DNA of 64,000 bases, from NCBI GenBank assembly GCA_963667035.1, contig OY762964.1:256001-320000 (forward strand), read 5' to 3'. The notes under the pieces were generated by a model. The model did no database searches. It saw only the letters and a list, made by a program, of their open reading frames with translations, and was not told the DNA's origin. Source of the stretch: Candidatus Cloacimonadales bacterium. Its GTDB lineage: Bacteria > Cloacimonadota > Cloacimonadia > Cloacimonadales > JAFGVF01. Shown piece after piece: positions 30,923 through 40,166 of the stretch. Made by a program: the position numbers and the translations under genes. Each line of letters starts with the position of its first letter. Position 1 is the stretch's first letter.

Positions 30923-31593
30923 ATCAATCTCGTTTTATATGGGATAGGGTCTTCCACTCCTGCTTTTTTAAAAGCTCTTAATCTTAGAACACAGCTATCA
31001 CAGGTCCCGCAGGCTTCATCTTCACTTCTGTAACAGCTCCAACTCAACTCAAAGGGAGCTCCTAAATCCTGACCGATTTTGATTATATCAGACTTGTTCT
31101 TATGTATTATCGGAGTTTTGATACTTATTGGGAACTCATTCTTTGTCCCTTGTCTGATAGTCTCGTTAAAGCTTTTATAGAAGCTCTCGCGGCAATCAGG
31201 ATAGCCGGAGCTATCTTCTTCTACGGCTCCGATGTATATTGATTGAGCTCCGATAACTTCCGCCCAACTGACAGCAATACATATTAGATGAGCATTTCTA
31301 AAGGGAACATACGTATTGGGAATGCTTTCATCACCGTTAAAGTCATGAATCTCCATGCTATCGTCCGTTAGGCTTGAACCACCTATTTTAGTTAGATAAT
31401 CTATACCGGTGACTAAAGTGTCTGCCGGTTGGTAATGGTCAACTATTCTACTAAAGCATTCAAGCTCTTTATGTTCTGTCTTTTGACCATAGTTTACGTG
31501 AAGAAGGTATATTTGGTTATTCTCTTGTTTGGCTATTGCCGTAGTTACGAGACTATCCAAACCACCACTTGTGAGTACTATTGCTTTTTTCAT
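30919..31593 (-). CDS. queC: 7-cyano-7-deazaguanine synthase
   Basis: SGGLDS, YVPFRN, GYPDCR and SCY...ACGTCDSC motifs. Confidence 0.96.
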   Translation of the reverse strand: MKKAIVLTSGGLDSLVTTAIAKQENNQIYLLHVNYGQKTEHKELECFSRIVDHYQPADTLVTGIDYLTKIGGSSLTDDSMEIHDFNGDESIPNTYVPFRNAHLICIAVSWAEVIGAQSIYIGAVEEDSSGYPDCRESFYKSFNETIRQGTKNEFPISIKTPIIHKNKSDIIKIGQDLGAPFELSWSCYRSEDEACGTCDSCVLRLRAFKKAGVEDPIPYKTRLI

Positions 31594-31594
31594 T

Positions 31595-32467
31595 TTACCA
31601 CCATAACTCAGGATTATACTTGCTTTCAAGTTCATCCTCAAACTTGTTAGGAAGTCGTTCAAAGAAATCAATTCCTGTTAGTCTCTCGACTTCATCGACA
31701 CTCATAGAATAAGCTTTCAGAGCTTTTTCTCCTTTCTTATTAGGGATTACAAGTCCAATAGCTTTAATCTCAGGTTCCTGTATATCAAGGATAACTTTAT
31801 AGTAACTATCTGGGACAGTAACTTTGTTATCTCCAATAGTTTTCTTAAGTTCATCAGTTAAGATCGGACCGGTAACAATAAACAGCTTACTATCTTTATC
31901 CGCCCATTTTCTAACTTGTAACTCCAAATCCTTCCATATTCCCCTGTTAAAGCGGGGTTTCTGGGGACTCATATTGCTCATGAAGAAAGATTCACTCATT
32001 GCCTGGTCAGACCATTTCATGTCCGCAGCAGGAGCTAGATGTCCTCTGTCATACCCTGAGTTTTTATAATCTTTCACATTTGCGGAGTGAGTTGAAACAG
32101 ATTTATCGGCTCTAAAGTTATCTTTGCGTTTTGCATTACCACTCAAATGTTCTTTTGTTAGTAAATAAGCAACCCAATCAGCCTGTTCATGTTTCTCATC
32201 ATATTGAAGGGAATAAGCATAATGCTTAATAATCTCTTTGCCTGCTTCTTTTTTGGGGAAAAGATAGGTTTCGTAATCGGATTGATTAAGACTGGAGAAC
32301 TTGAAATCAGTATCTATTTTAGCTAGTTCTTTTAACTCTTCGACCTGTTCGGAAGATGAAATTCGGTCGAAAACCTTATTTACCCGACCGGGATTTACTA
32401 TGTAATAAGCGACTGCTAATACAATCGCTAACCAAATGACAGGTCGTTTACTCTTATGCTTGCTCAT
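31595..32467 (-). CDS. Membrane-anchored DNA/RNA non-specific endonuclease (NucA/EndoG family)
   Basis: YDRGHLAPAAD and NMSPQ...FNRGIWKDLE motifs; N-terminal hydrophobic anchor. Confidence 0.93.
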   Translation of the reverse strand: MSKHKSKRPVIWLAIVLAVAYYIVNPGRVNKVFDRISSSEQVEELKELAKIDTDFKFSSLNQSDYETYLFPKKEAGKEIIKHYAYSLQYDEKHEQADWVAYLLTKEHLSGNAKRKDNFRADKSVSTHSANVKDYKNSGYDRGHLAPAADMKWSDQAMSESFFMSNMSPQKPRFNRGIWKDLELQVRKWADKDSKLFIVTGPILTDELKKTIGDNKVTVPDSYYKVILDIQEPEIKAIGLVIPNKKGEKALKAYSMSVDEVERLTGIDFFERLPNKFEDELESKYNPELWW

Positions 32468-32501
32468 TTGCACTCCCGAAAGAATTCATATTTCTACAAT
32501 T

Positions 32502-32529
32502 ATTATACTTGATAGAGCTTATATGTCAA
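32502..32529 (-). promoter_or_regulatory. Sigma70-type promoter for the nuclease-queC-dap operon
   Basis: Minus strand TTGACA-16 nt-TATAAT, about 35 nt upstream of the start codon. Confidence 0.75.
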
Positions 32530-32661
32530 TATTAATATTAACTATTAGCTCTGATAGTACAGAGTAACGTTTTTCAGAATGAGAAGTTTTGCTATTACTC
32601 AGATTTTCTTTAACAGCATGAAAATACTGTTCAGGGGATTTGGTGTAGAATTCAATTAATA

Positions 32662-32800
32662 GTTTTTCCTGCTTTACGCTCCCTTACAACACACGGGACT
32701 TACTCGGGAATCACACGGGACTTTACCCGAGAAATTCCCGGGATTTTCTCGAACAATTTCCGAAAGAATCCCGAGCGTTGTAAGAGACTGCAGAGAGAAC
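32662..32800. repeat. 11-bp-phased imperfect palindrome (element C)
   Basis: Units ACACGGGACTT/ACTCGGGAATC/ACACGGGACTT/TACCCGAGAAA/TTCCCGGGATT/TTCTCGAACAA/TTTCCGAAAGA/ATCCCGAGCGT, flanked by CTTACAAC...GTTGTAAG. Confidence 0.85.
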
Positions 32801-32830
32801 ATTCTCCGGTTTTGAAACTAGTAAGAAATG

Positions 32831-33733
32831 CTATCTCTTTTTAGATGTAATCTGTATTAGAATGCCGTTCATAATGTGGTGTGATATTAAGTAGAAAACC
32901 GTTGGTATAGCGGCTATAGGTGAGAATAGGCTAACACAAATCATGATTGATAGCAATGTATTTTTGTGTCCCAAAGCAACGGGTAGAGTTCTTTGCATAA
33001 TCGGATTCTTTCTTGAGACAATATATCCGAAACCATATAAGAAAAGGGTAATAATAAATGTTGAAAGAAACAAGATAACAACCTCATGAAAAGGAGTCTC
33101 ACGAATCTTTAAACTGGCAGATGATACTGCAACCATTACCATAAATATCTGTAAGATGTTCTTTCTCGAATCAATATGCAGGATTATCCAGTTCTTAGTC
33201 TTCTTGTAATGCTTAACTATCAGTGCCAATATCATAGGGATGAATACTACAATGACTACTCTCATAAGTATATCTATTGTTGGAATTTTAATACCTTCAT
33301 TACGGAATAACAGAGTTGGAATGAAAGAAAAAGTTAATGGTGAAAGGAGATTGTATATAACGACATTGCTCATCATAAACTCAAGATTACCCCTTGTGAT
33401 AGATATAATAATGGGTGAGCCTAAAGCTGGTGGAGTTATGACAGCGAAAAGTAATCCTATTCTGTAATCATTGGCTATTCCATTCGTTGCAAAGAAAACT
33501 AAAAGAGGTAGAACCAACCAATTGAAGATAGGGAAGAGGAGTAAGTTAGGATTTATGAAATGTTCAGGCTTGAAATCTACTCTTAAGAAGCTACAGAATA
33601 AAAGTAAGAGCAGAATGTAAAAGATTAATTGTTTAAAAACTGCTAATTGAGGAAAGACAAGCCCTATTATACAGGAAATAATAAGAAATATACCTGTATA
33701 CTGCTTTATGAAAGCTTCTATCTTGTAAAACAT
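32831..33733 (-). CDS. Bile acid:sodium symporter (BASS) family transporter
   Basis: About 9-10 TM helices; TPPALGSP...GN and GHKNT motifs. Confidence 0.75.
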   Translation of the reverse strand: MFYKIEAFIKQYTGIFLIISCIIGLVFPQLAVFKQLIFYILLLLLFCSFLRVDFKPEHFINPNLLLFPIFNWLVLPLLVFFATNGIANDYRIGLLFAVITPPALGSPIIISITRGNLEFMMSNVVIYNLLSPLTFSFIPTLLFRNEGIKIPTIDILMRVVIVVFIPMILALIVKHYKKTKNWIILHIDSRKNILQIFMVMVAVSSASLKIRETPFHEVVILFLSTFIITLFLYGFGYIVSRKNPIMQRTLPVALGHKNTLLSIMICVSLFSPIAAIPTVFYLISHHIMNGILIQITSKKR

Positions 33734-33735
33734 TC

Positions 33736-34500
33736 TCAGAATTTAACGATGTCTTGATTTAAATAATCAAGGCAATCTTCTATTGGAATGAGTAACTTGA
33801 TTTCTCCTTCAGAATAGGGAGCAACTTCATAAGGATTATAAATGAAGCAAAGAAACTGCTTTGATATAGAGAAATTCTCTGAAAGCTTAAATTTATTGTT
33901 TTCAAATTGATAGATTGTGTCTTCCAATCTCACGTCAGGAGCTAATCCTTTCTCCTTAACAAAAAATCTGTAGGCAATATCGGCGATGGCCTTAATATCT
34001 GTTACTATATCCGTGATAACAAGTTCATGGGCGGAAGCAGTGTCATAAGTCTTAAGTATTTTATAAGAGTTATCGTGAGCTCCTCCGGCATACGAAGATT
34101 CCATTGTAATAATTGTGACCGTAGAGTTAGTCCACGCATAGAAACCGGAATAACGATCTATGTACCAATCAGGAATATCGTCGTCAAAATCGGTAACAAA
34201 ATCATAGTATTCTTTTTGGAAATTATCATAATATAATGTTGTGTTATCTTTAGAACTGAGAGCATTATTCTTTATCAGCTTATTAAGCTTTACTAGAGAA
34301 GGATACCCCTCTATTTCAGGAAGGAACACAGCTTTTGCTTCCATTTTTAGATTTAATGAATCAGGGGATTCGTATGAATATAAGGTTTCAACTTCTCCCA
34401 AATTCTTAAATAAGTATTCGTCTAAAGGAGGATAATAGCTTTTTTTGTTACAAGCTGTAACAACTAATATCAAGAACAAAATCGGGATTAATCTTTTCAT
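33736..34500 (-). CDS. DUF3298/DUF4163 (RsiV/PdaC-like) lipoprotein
   Basis: Lipobox VTAC; YAGGAH and YNPYEVAPYSEG motifs. Confidence 0.85.
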   Translation of the reverse strand: MKRLIPILFLILVVTACNKKSYYPPLDEYLFKNLGEVETLYSYESPDSLNLKMEAKAVFLPEIEGYPSLVKLNKLIKNNALSSKDNTTLYYDNFQKEYYDFVTDFDDDIPDWYIDRYSGFYAWTNSTVTIITMESSYAGGAHDNSYKILKTYDTASAHELVITDIVTDIKAIADIAYRFFVKEKGLAPDVRLEDTIYQFENNKFKLSENFSISKQFLCFIYNPYEVAPYSEGEIKLLIPIEDCLDYLNQDIVKF

Positions 34501-34502
34501 AA

Positions 34503-35750
34503 CTACTCCGCTATCGAAACAGATTCTGCTGCAAGCCAAGCTGTCGACCATGCAATCTGAAGATTGTAACCTCCGGTATCAGCATCAAGATCCAGTAACT
34601 CGCCAATCACGTATAAACCCGGGATTAGTTTTGATTCCATAGTGGATTGTTGGATTTCCTTTAGACTAACACCACCGGCAGTTATAATTGCCTCTTCAAT
34701 ACTTCTTGTTGATTTAACCTTAAATCGTAAATCCTTACAGAAGCGATGCAGTCTGATTCTCTCTTTTGCTGTGATTTGACTGACAGGTTTGTTAAGTGGC
34801 ACTGAAATTCTCTTTGAACAGAATGGGACGACTTTCCCGGGGAATAGTGTTCTTAAAACTGATTCAAACTGGCGTTTATTCTTATCTTCGAACTCTCTTA
34901 GAAGTCTGGCTTTCAATTTCTCATCGTCGAGGGCAGGCTTGAAATCAATACTAATCTCAACTTCCTTTCCTTCAGATAAATATCTACTAACATATCGACT
35001 CAAAGTTAATATAATTGGTCCTGTCAAACCAAAATGGGCAAAAAGCATTTCTCCGAATTCGCTCTTAACTTTCTTACCATCAATGTAGATTGAAGCACTA
35101 ACATTTTTTAAACTAACACCCATTACATCCTCAACATCAGTTTCAACAGTGTTAAGCGGCACTAAAGAGGGAAGTATAGGATTAATGGTATGACCGTGAG
35201 CGGCTAGTATATTATAGCCTGAACCGTCTGTTCCTGTTAGAGGATAAGATGCTCCCCCTGTTGCAAGGATGACTTGATTAGCATAATGATGATTACCTTC
35301 AGTGTCAATTATACCAACTAACTTGTCTTCATGAAATAGTAAGTCTTCTATTGTCGTGTCATTAAGGATTTTAACATCATTATGAAGATTCCAGAAAAAC
35401 AGAGCATCAACAATATCTTGTGCTTTGTCTGATTCCGGAAAGAATCTTCCACCTCGTTCTTCCTTAACGGGAATGTCTAGAGTGTTTTCCACTAAGGATA
35501 TCATGTCTTTGTTAAAGAATTTCTTGAAGGCAGGATACAAGAATTTCGGATTAGGCTCAATATGTTCCATGAATTCTCTAAGAGAAGCTGAATTAGTAAT
35601 GTTACATCTACCTTTACCCGTTATTCTTAACTTACGTCCGCATTTCCCCATTTTTTCTATAATGAGAACTTTAGCACCTCTTTCGGCAGCATGACCGGCA
35701 GCTAACAAGCCGGCAGCTCCTCCACCTGCAACTATTACATCATATCTCAT
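34503..35750 (-). CDS. HI0933/BaiN family flavoprotein
   Basis: GGGAAGL, GRKLRITGKGRCNITN, ATGGASYP.TG.DG, TAGGV and TGGYNLQ motifs. Confidence 0.93.
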   Translation of the reverse strand: MRYDVIVAGGGAAGLLAAGHAAERGAKVLIIEKMGKCGRKLRITGKGRCNITNSASLREFMEHIEPNPKFLYPAFKKFFNKDMISLVENTLDIPVKEERGGRFFPESDKAQDIVDALFFWNLHNDVKILNDTTIEDLLFHEDKLVGIIDTEGNHHYANQVILATGGASYPLTGTDGSGYNILAAHGHTINPILPSLVPLNTVETDVEDVMGVSLKNVSASIYIDGKKVKSEFGEMLFAHFGLTGPIILTLSRYVSRYLSEGKEVEISIDFKPALDDEKLKARLLREFEDKNKRQFESVLRTLFPGKVVPFCSKRISVPLNKPVSQITAKERIRLHRFCKDLRFKVKSTRSIEEAIITAGGVSLKEIQQSTMESKLIPGLYVIGELLDLDADTGGYNLQIAWSTAWLAAESVSIAE

Positions 35751-37879
35751 AAATCAATGCCTAGAATATTCATAATGAAAGCATATTGAAAAGCCAATTC
35801 TTCGAAGTATTGATAGCGTCCCGAAGCTCCTTGATGTCCGGACATGTTAGTCCTAAGTAATAAAACGTTCTTGTCAGTCTTCATATATCTTAGTTTGGCA
35901 ACCCATTTAGCCGGTTCCCAGTAGTTTACTCTAGGGTCATAAAATCCTGCTATAACAAGCATGTGTGGATAATTACTTGTTCTTACATTGGTATAAGGAC
36001 AGTAAGAACTCATATAGTCAAAATACTTATCCTCTCCGGGATTTCCCCATTCTTCATATTCTGCTACAGTTGCAACTAAGGTAGTATCCAACATTGTGTT
36101 TATAATATCAACAAAAGGCACTTCAGCGATAGCTATCTCGCTAATATCAGGACGTTGATTTAAAACAGCACCGATTAGCAAGCCTCCGGCACTTCCACCA
36201 TCAATAACCAGTTTCTTGCGAGAGGTATAATTAGTTTTGACCAGATAATCACAACATGCAATGAAATCATTAAAAGTATTCTTTTTATTAAGAAGTCTAC
36301 CGGCATTGTACCAACTATCACCGTTTTCTCCACCACCACGAATATGAGCGATAGCATAAACAAATCCACGGTCAAGAAGACTAAGACGACTAGAAGAGAA
36401 GTAAGGTTCACTAATAGTTCCATAAGCTCCATAGCCTTCCAAATATAGTGGATTACTTCCATTCTTTTTAAACAATTGTTTGTTATAAACCAATGAAATG
36501 GGGATTAGGGTTCCATCATCGGCTTTAGCATATATCTTTTCAGATTCATAATTATTCTGGTCATAGCCGGAAGGAATCTCCCTTTTCTTTAACACCTTTC
36601 TCGATTTAGTTAACAGGTCATACTGATAGGCTATTTCAGGAGTAGTGAGAGATTCATAACTATATCTGAGACTAGTTGTGAAGAAGTCAGGATTTCCATG
36701 AGTATAATAAGTATAAGCAGGATCATCAAAATCAATATAATATTTTTCATTACTAATAAAATCATGAATTTTCATCATCATCTTACCGTCAATAATCTCA
36801 TTAAGAACCATGAATCTATCGAACAATTCAAAATAATCAAGGAAAATACTTGAGTCTTCTCTAACGAGTTCTTTCCAGTTTTCATAATCCGGATTATCTG
36901 ATTCTACAGTCATAAGTCTGTAGTTAGGTGCATTGTCATTTGTTAGGATATAGAATAGTCCATCTTTATGTGATAATGAATACTGTATACCGCTAATCCT
37001 TTGTCTCAATAACTTAAAACTAGGATTTATTGCATTAGCATCTGCGTAATAAATTTCATCTGTAATCTTGCTACTGGATCCGGCTATAAGATAACTCTTA
37101 TCTTTTGTTTTGTATAACCAGACAAGATATTTAGCATCATCTTCTTTCAACAAAAGAGCATCGTCTTCTTGTTTATCTCCAAGTCGATGTCTATATAGCG
37201 AGTCAGTGTAATTCTCTATTTGATTGTCTTTTGTATAATAGATATATTTACTATCATTACTCCACTCTACAGATGAGATTGAAGAGAGTGTATCAGGTAG
37301 GATTTTGCCATTTGCAATGTTCAGTACAACCAAATCATATATCTCTTCTCCGGTAGAATCATAAGCATAAGCAACAAGTTTATGATTAGGACTGACTGCG
37401 ATTACATCAAGAGAAAAGTAATCATGCCCTTTTGCAAGCTTGTTTATATCAATAATAATCTCTTCCGGTGATTCCATGGAGTCCTTACGTCGGCAATAGA
37501 TAGAGTAATCCTTGCCTGCTTCTTCTCTCATGTAATAGAAGTAACAATCGCGTTGAACAGGTAAGGATAAATCATCCTCATTCATTCTGGAAATCATTTC
37601 TTTGTACAGTTTATCTTGATTATCTACTGTAGGCTCCATGATCTTACTTGTATAAATGTTCTCTTGTTCTATGTAAGATATTACTCCCTCATTAGTTCTG
37701 GACTTATCCTTTAACCAATGATATGGATCTCTGATATAGTGATTATTTACTCTCTCGTAATAATCTGTACGCTTAGCTTTTGGAGGGGTTACTACACGTG
37801 CTAAATCTGATATATCAACTGCTCTTAGAATTGTTAATCCTAAGAGCAGTGAAGCTAAAATTATAAGCTTTCTATTCAT
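35747..37879 (-). CDS. ptrB: Oligopeptidase B (S9A), exported
   Basis: DPYHWL, GYGAYG, HIRGGGE, GGSAGG nucleophile, DPRVNYWEPAKW and GH motifs; signal peptide. Confidence 0.9.
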   Translation of the reverse strand: MNRKLIILASLLLGLTILRAVDISDLARVVTPPKAKRTDYYERVNNHYIRDPYHWLKDKSRTNEGVISYIEQENIYTSKIMEPTVDNQDKLYKEMISRMNEDDLSLPVQRDCYFYYMREEAGKDYSIYCRRKDSMESPEEIIIDINKLAKGHDYFSLDVIAVSPNHKLVAYAYDSTGEEIYDLVVLNIANGKILPDTLSSISSVEWSNDSKYIYYTKDNQIENYTDSLYRHRLGDKQEDDALLLKEDDAKYLVWLYKTKDKSYLIAGSSSKITDEIYYADANAINPSFKLLRQRISGIQYSLSHKDGLFYILTNDNAPNYRLMTVESDNPDYENWKELVREDSSIFLDYFELFDRFMVLNEIIDGKMMMKIHDFISNEKYYIDFDDPAYTYYTHGNPDFFTTSLRYSYESLTTPEIAYQYDLLTKSRKVLKKREIPSGYDQNNYESEKIYAKADDGTLIPISLVYNKQLFKKNGSNPLYLEGYGAYGTISEPYFSSSRLSLLDRGFVYAIAHIRGGGENGDSWYNAGRLLNKKNTFNDFIACCDYLVKTNYTSRKKLVIDGGSAGGLLIGAVLNQRPDISEIAIAEVPFVDIINTMLDTTLVATVAEYEEWGNPGEDKYFDYMSSYCPYTNVRTSNYPHMLVIAGFYDPRVNYWEPAKWVAKLRYMKTDKNVLLLRTNMSGHQGASGRYQYFEELAFQYAFIMNILGIDL

Positions 37880-37881
37880 AG

Positions 37882-40023
37882 TTATTTAATGATAATTGCC
37901 TTTGTTGATGTTGATTGGGTAGGGGAGTTCAGTTTAACAAAATAAATACCGGAACTAAGTTTTGCTGACCATTTAATCTCACTGATTCCCTTGTTAATGT
38001 TACCTTTAAAGATTTTGTCTACAAGTTGTCCTTTTACGTTGTAAACTCCAATCGTTGCTTCGTTTATCGAATTATCAGTTTTTACTTTAAGAGTTGATAA
38101 ACTAATCATAGGATTAGGATAGATACTCATGGATATCTGAGGAATTACAGATTGAATGTTTTCATCATTATCGACACCTGCGAACAAATGGAATCCAAGA
38201 TGAGAAAAGTCATCTGACTCATAAACATCCCACTCGCCATTATTTAGAGGGTCTGCTTGTCCTGCATGAGGAGTACTAACATGTAGTTTTCTTACTAATG
38301 TAACATTCTGAGCAAAGTTTGTGTCTCCTGAAATTCCTATCCTATCAAGTTCTTCTCCGTTCTTTAGCAACCTGATTTGATCGTTTCCATTAAAATTGAT
38401 TACTCCGTTGTTTGTAGCATCAGCTAAATATACCAAATCCTGACTTGCTTGAGAATTTGCTATAACTATAACATCATTATGACCTAGAGTTCCGGATAAA
38501 ATATATGTGTTACCGAATTCATCATTACCGTTAACATCTTTCTCAAGACTATATTGTGATAGGTCAATTGGCATTCCGGTTCCGTTATAAATCTCCAAAG
38601 CTTTGTTATAACTACTTCCTTCAACATACTCAGAGATTATTAGGTCTGTAGTAAAATACATAGAACCCGCTTCTGTTGTTACTGACATAATATTTGAATA
38701 CTCGCCATATGTATTATTATGGAAAGCTCTTACTCTATAGTAGTATGTGCTGGCAGGATATATGCCTGTAACTTCTATATGTTGATCATCAACTAGTAAG
38801 CCTTGATAACCGTTTACGTAAGTTGTAAAGGTATTATCGGTTGCAAGCTCGAATGAGTAAGAGTCAACTGTAGCTGATGATTGCCATTCTGCTCTAAAGC
38901 TATTGGATTCAACATTTATTGGGTTTAGGAGATTTATCTCAGGTAAGTCATTATCAATGATATTTAAGAGGAAAGTTGAAATAGGACCAGGTCCAGGATT
39001 GTTAGAACCGGTGAAATTTCGTAAACCGAATTGTATAGCTTCTGAACCTTCTACTAATGAATCATCGGTGATATCTATACTAATTGTCTGAGCTTCCTCT
39101 GAGTTTGCAGGGAAGACCACAACTTGAGGAGTAAAACCGTCTACATCAGAATTGTCACCGGATATGATATAGACTTCAACTGATGTTTGCTCATCTCCCG
39201 GATTAATTAGATTCAAGTTTACATTAATGCTACCATAACTCTCAGGAAGTGAGATTGAATTCATTGAAAATTGAATCACAGTGTTAGGAGAAGTTGAACC
39301 CCAAATATAATCAATATACTCAGGATGGTCAACAAATGGATTTCTGTTGTTTTGGTACCCCCAAATATCATCATTTCGTTGTTGCTCTGAAACATCTACG
39401 GGATCTAGAGCATTCCATTCCAATAGAGTATTCAGCATATCAATTCCACCTCTAGTTAATGATTCATTGTATCTGACATTGAAATAAAGTAAAGCTCTTG
39501 CTAAGTTACCTTTATGTTGATCTGCAGGCTCGAAGCATGTTGTCCCATTGATATTAGCACCTCTTTTGCTAACATATCCGTTAGCTGAAGAATACGTGTT
39601 ACCTACACTTGTAACATTATCAAATGGAAGGTTACCTCTTGATGAGTTAACAGTACTGTTTGACGGGAAAAGATGATGAATGTCAGCTTTTTTAGTAGTT
39701 GACTCACTTGAACCAAACCAGCTCTGAGCAAAAGTATGTTCACAGTTCAAATAAGTTTGATTTGGCATGGTACCTTGAGGTACACTATAATCTTGTCCTG
39801 TATATACACATCTGACGGTATTGTTGTGATTATCAATATATCCAAACATCTCATCTTTTGCACCATCGTAGCTTGTGTTGTGATTAGTTGAAATTATAGA
39901 ATGCAATCCATTTCTTAGAGCTTCTCCCGTAAGCCCTGAAACACTGTCATAATAGCCATTAGGCTCGGCAATTAATAATGTAAGACTAACTACCATTAGT
40001 AATAAAATGAAGATCTTTTTCAT
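37882..40023 (-). CDS. Secreted endonuclease I-family nuclease with Calx-beta, FN3, lamin-tail and T9SS-type C-terminal domain
   Basis: NCEHTFAQSW, DIHHLFP...NSSRGN, QNNRNPFVDHPE; ISEYVEGSSYNKALEIYN (LTD); IYPNP...YNVKGQ...SSGIYF. Confidence 0.88.
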   Translation of the reverse strand: MKKIFILLLMVVSLTLLIAEPNGYYDSVSGLTGEALRNGLHSIISTNHNTSYDGAKDEMFGYIDNHNNTVRCVYTGQDYSVPQGTMPNQTYLNCEHTFAQSWFGSSESTTKKADIHHLFPSNSTVNSSRGNLPFDNVTSVGNTYSSANGYVSKRGANINGTTCFEPADQHKGNLARALLYFNVRYNESLTRGGIDMLNTLLEWNALDPVDVSEQQRNDDIWGYQNNRNPFVDHPEYIDYIWGSTSPNTVIQFSMNSISLPESYGSINVNLNLINPGDEQTSVEVYIISGDNSDVDGFTPQVVVFPANSEEAQTISIDITDDSLVEGSEAIQFGLRNFTGSNNPGPGPISTFLLNIIDNDLPEINLLNPINVESNSFRAEWQSSATVDSYSFELATDNTFTTYVNGYQGLLVDDQHIEVTGIYPASTYYYRVRAFHNNTYGEYSNIMSVTTEAGSMYFTTDLIISEYVEGSSYNKALEIYNGTGMPIDLSQYSLEKDVNGNDEFGNTYILSGTLGHNDVIVIANSQASQDLVYLADATNNGVINFNGNDQIRLLKNGEELDRIGISGDTNFAQNVTLVRKLHVSTPHAGQADPLNNGEWDVYESDDFSHLGFHLFAGVDNDENIQSVIPQISMSIYPNPMISLSTLKVKTDNSINEATIGVYNVKGQLVDKIFKGNINKGISEIKWSAKLSSGIYFVKLNSPTQSTSTKAIIIK

Positions 40024-40112
40024 TTAAAACCTCTTATTCCTTTTCTCTTGAGTTTAAGCTAAAACTTCGATGAATAACGTCAATAAAAACTATAACTACC
40101 TTGTTTGCAGAC

Positions 40113-40142
40113 AAAAAGAAACCGCATGTACATGCGGTTTCT
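40113..40142 (-). terminator. Intrinsic terminator
   Basis: AAAAAGAAACCGCATGTACATGCGGTTTCT. Confidence 0.8.
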
Positions 40143-40166
40143 ATAGAGTGCTATTTATGTTTATTC

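Noticed and set aside
31594..31671. preQ1 riboswitch or longer N-terminus for queC
   Set aside because: The region is the coding 3' end of the upstream nuclease; queC starts at 31593, right after its stop
20626..32800. Phased arrays B and C as CRISPR arrays or integron attC sites
   Set aside because: Unit length is 11 bp with a 5-bp core, there are no 23-47 bp repeats with unique spacers, no cas or intI gene is in the window, and no cassette-like RYYYAAC/GTTRRRY array organisation is evident
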